Shown here: positions 62,509-64,000 of the stretch, one piece after another | Numbering within the stretch: position 1 is the first letter of the stretch | Layout of the letters: each line of letters begins with the position of its first letter | Source of the DNA: Callorhinchus milii | Taxonomy: Eukaryota | Direction: 5' to 3' | Assembly: GCF_018977255.1 (NCBI RefSeq) | Contig: NW_024704781.1 | Location: forward strand, 558,001-622,000 | DNA: 64,000 bases | The notes under the pieces: generated by a model | Databases searched by the model: none | What the model was told of the DNA's origin: nothing | Seen by the model: only the letters and a program-made list of their open reading frames with translations | Made by a program: the position numbers and the translations under genes

Positions 62509-63429
62509 TGCTGCTCTGCAGTCTGTGTGGTTGTGTCTGCGACATCAGTTTGCTGAACCCGCAGTGATTGCCGTCGTTGGCGGAGCTACAGTCTCTCGTC
62601 ACCTCATTGACATCTCGTGTTTCGTAAAGAACGACCAATTGCTTTTATTCAGCGGTATTCCCAGGGATTGTGGGCTGGGAATGCTCCCACACAGCTCCTG
62701 TTAACACGGCAATATTTAAAGGACTAGAATTATGTCCAGGGGATGATTAGGAAAGTTCTTTCACTATTAGCAAGTAATATTGACATAATGTAGGACCGTA
62801 ATCTGACGTTAGTTCTTCACTACGTGACACTCAAGACAGCCATTGCTTCCGTTTCTTCGTGGAAGCGAAGAGTAATTTGAAATGTCTTTAAAATAGTACC
62901 ATGTTATTTTTAACGTCCACATCAAGACAAATACGAGATATCTGTCTAATATTAATAATAATGCTAAACCTTGCATTTGATACAATGCATCACCCCGACT
63001 TCCAGACGTTTCCACGCGCTTTAGAGAATATACGGTAAAATGAATTGACTGTAGATTTCGTGGTCGAAATGCGGTAACATGTTGCTCACAGCAGTATCCT
63101 GGAAACAGACGTGGATTAAGTGATCAAACTTTATCATTATCATTATTACTATTTCGCAGACATAGTATCGCCTGGAAACGCGACCTGTCCATCAGTAGGA
63201 CGGATATTGAATTCTTCTCCAATTTCACTTCGATTTGATTTAAAAAATATATTTTAGCACATTTATGTTGATTAAGGATTAAATATATTAATTCTCAAAC
63301 CTAGTTGGCATGGATGTTTAACAGATATCATGAGTTAAAAAATAATAGTAACTTGCCACCATCTATTGGTCAATACCGAACAGTTCTGCTTTGCTTCAAA
63401 TTTTATGCACAAATTCACTTAAAGTTATG

Positions 63430-63940
63430 AATAAATAAAATACAGAGTTGTATGTGTAAATCGCCTTTCGCGCTGGGAGGTGGACACAAGGCACTGAATA
63501 TTCGGGGATTAGGGTCGAAGCGCGGGGGATGGGGTCGTGAACGGGTGGGGGATGGCGATTGTTGGGTTCAGAGATGGTGGAGAACAGAGAGTGTAGGACG
63601 GTAGCCGAAGTCAGGGTCGAAGCGGGAGGGTCTTTACGTATGCCTTGAAGAAAGCAAGGGAGGAAGCGTGGTGAAGGGAATGTGGGATGGAGCTCCAGAA
63701 GATAGGGCAGAGAGACTGAAAGCCCGACCACCGATGGTAAGGCGGGACAGGCCAGTGACCTGGAACTGGAAGTCGGGAGGGAGTGGAGAGGTTGATGTGG
63801 GGTTAGCAGGTCGGAGAGGTAGGAAGAGCAAGACCATGGGGAACTTGAAGGTGAGGACGAGACTTTGGAACTCAATCTGAGAGCGAGTGGACTCGGGCGA
63901 AGGGGAGTGCGATCGCGTCACGGATGTGGCTGCGGGACAG
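63430..63940 (-). mobile_element. L2-clade LINE 3' fragment
   Basis: RSQIEFQSLVLTFK and IGGRAFSLSALSSG on the minus strand match the L2 C-terminus. Confidence 0.8.
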
Positions 63941-64000
63941 GATACCAGCTGCAGAGTTCAGCAAACGATAATGTATTGTGGTTTCCAGTGCCTTATAACA

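Noticed and set aside
1-64000. CRISPR arrays, rRNA, snRNA or prokaryotic systems
   Set aside because: Eukaryotic intron-containing sequence; the tandem repeats have no unique spacers and no rRNA or snRNA match was seen.

Overview
Vertebrate genomic DNA, almost certainly from a cartilaginous fish. The basis is a NAR-TCR cassette, GPR139-like two-exon GPCRs and tRNA-headed Deu-type SINEs; the species cannot be fixed from sequence alone. About 3-42 kb is a dispersed, mixed-isotype tRNA cluster, with three clearly intact genes and many decaying copies, one of them an intron-containing tRNA-Arg(TCG). It is interleaved with three intact two-exon GPR139-like class A GPCR genes, two of which lie in a diverged segmental duplication, and with a run of short minus-strand exons spelling an ITIM-bearing receptor tail. 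From about 51 kb to the end, the minus strand carries the edge of a TCR alpha/delta V array: three conventional V segments (two disrupted, one with a damaged RSS) and one NAR-TCR cassette. That cassette runs leader, IgNAR-like V, 12-RSS, 23-RSS-J, leaderless supporting V-delta, 23-RSS. Its NAR-type V has no RSS of its own and runs 43 nt past the second Cys into a 12-RSS, which looks like a V-D join already made in the genome. The rest is SINE, L2, CR1 and RTE fragments, simple repeats and one 237-N gap. Most short ORFs in the supplied track are spurious. All calls were made by eye; repeat boundaries are approximate.
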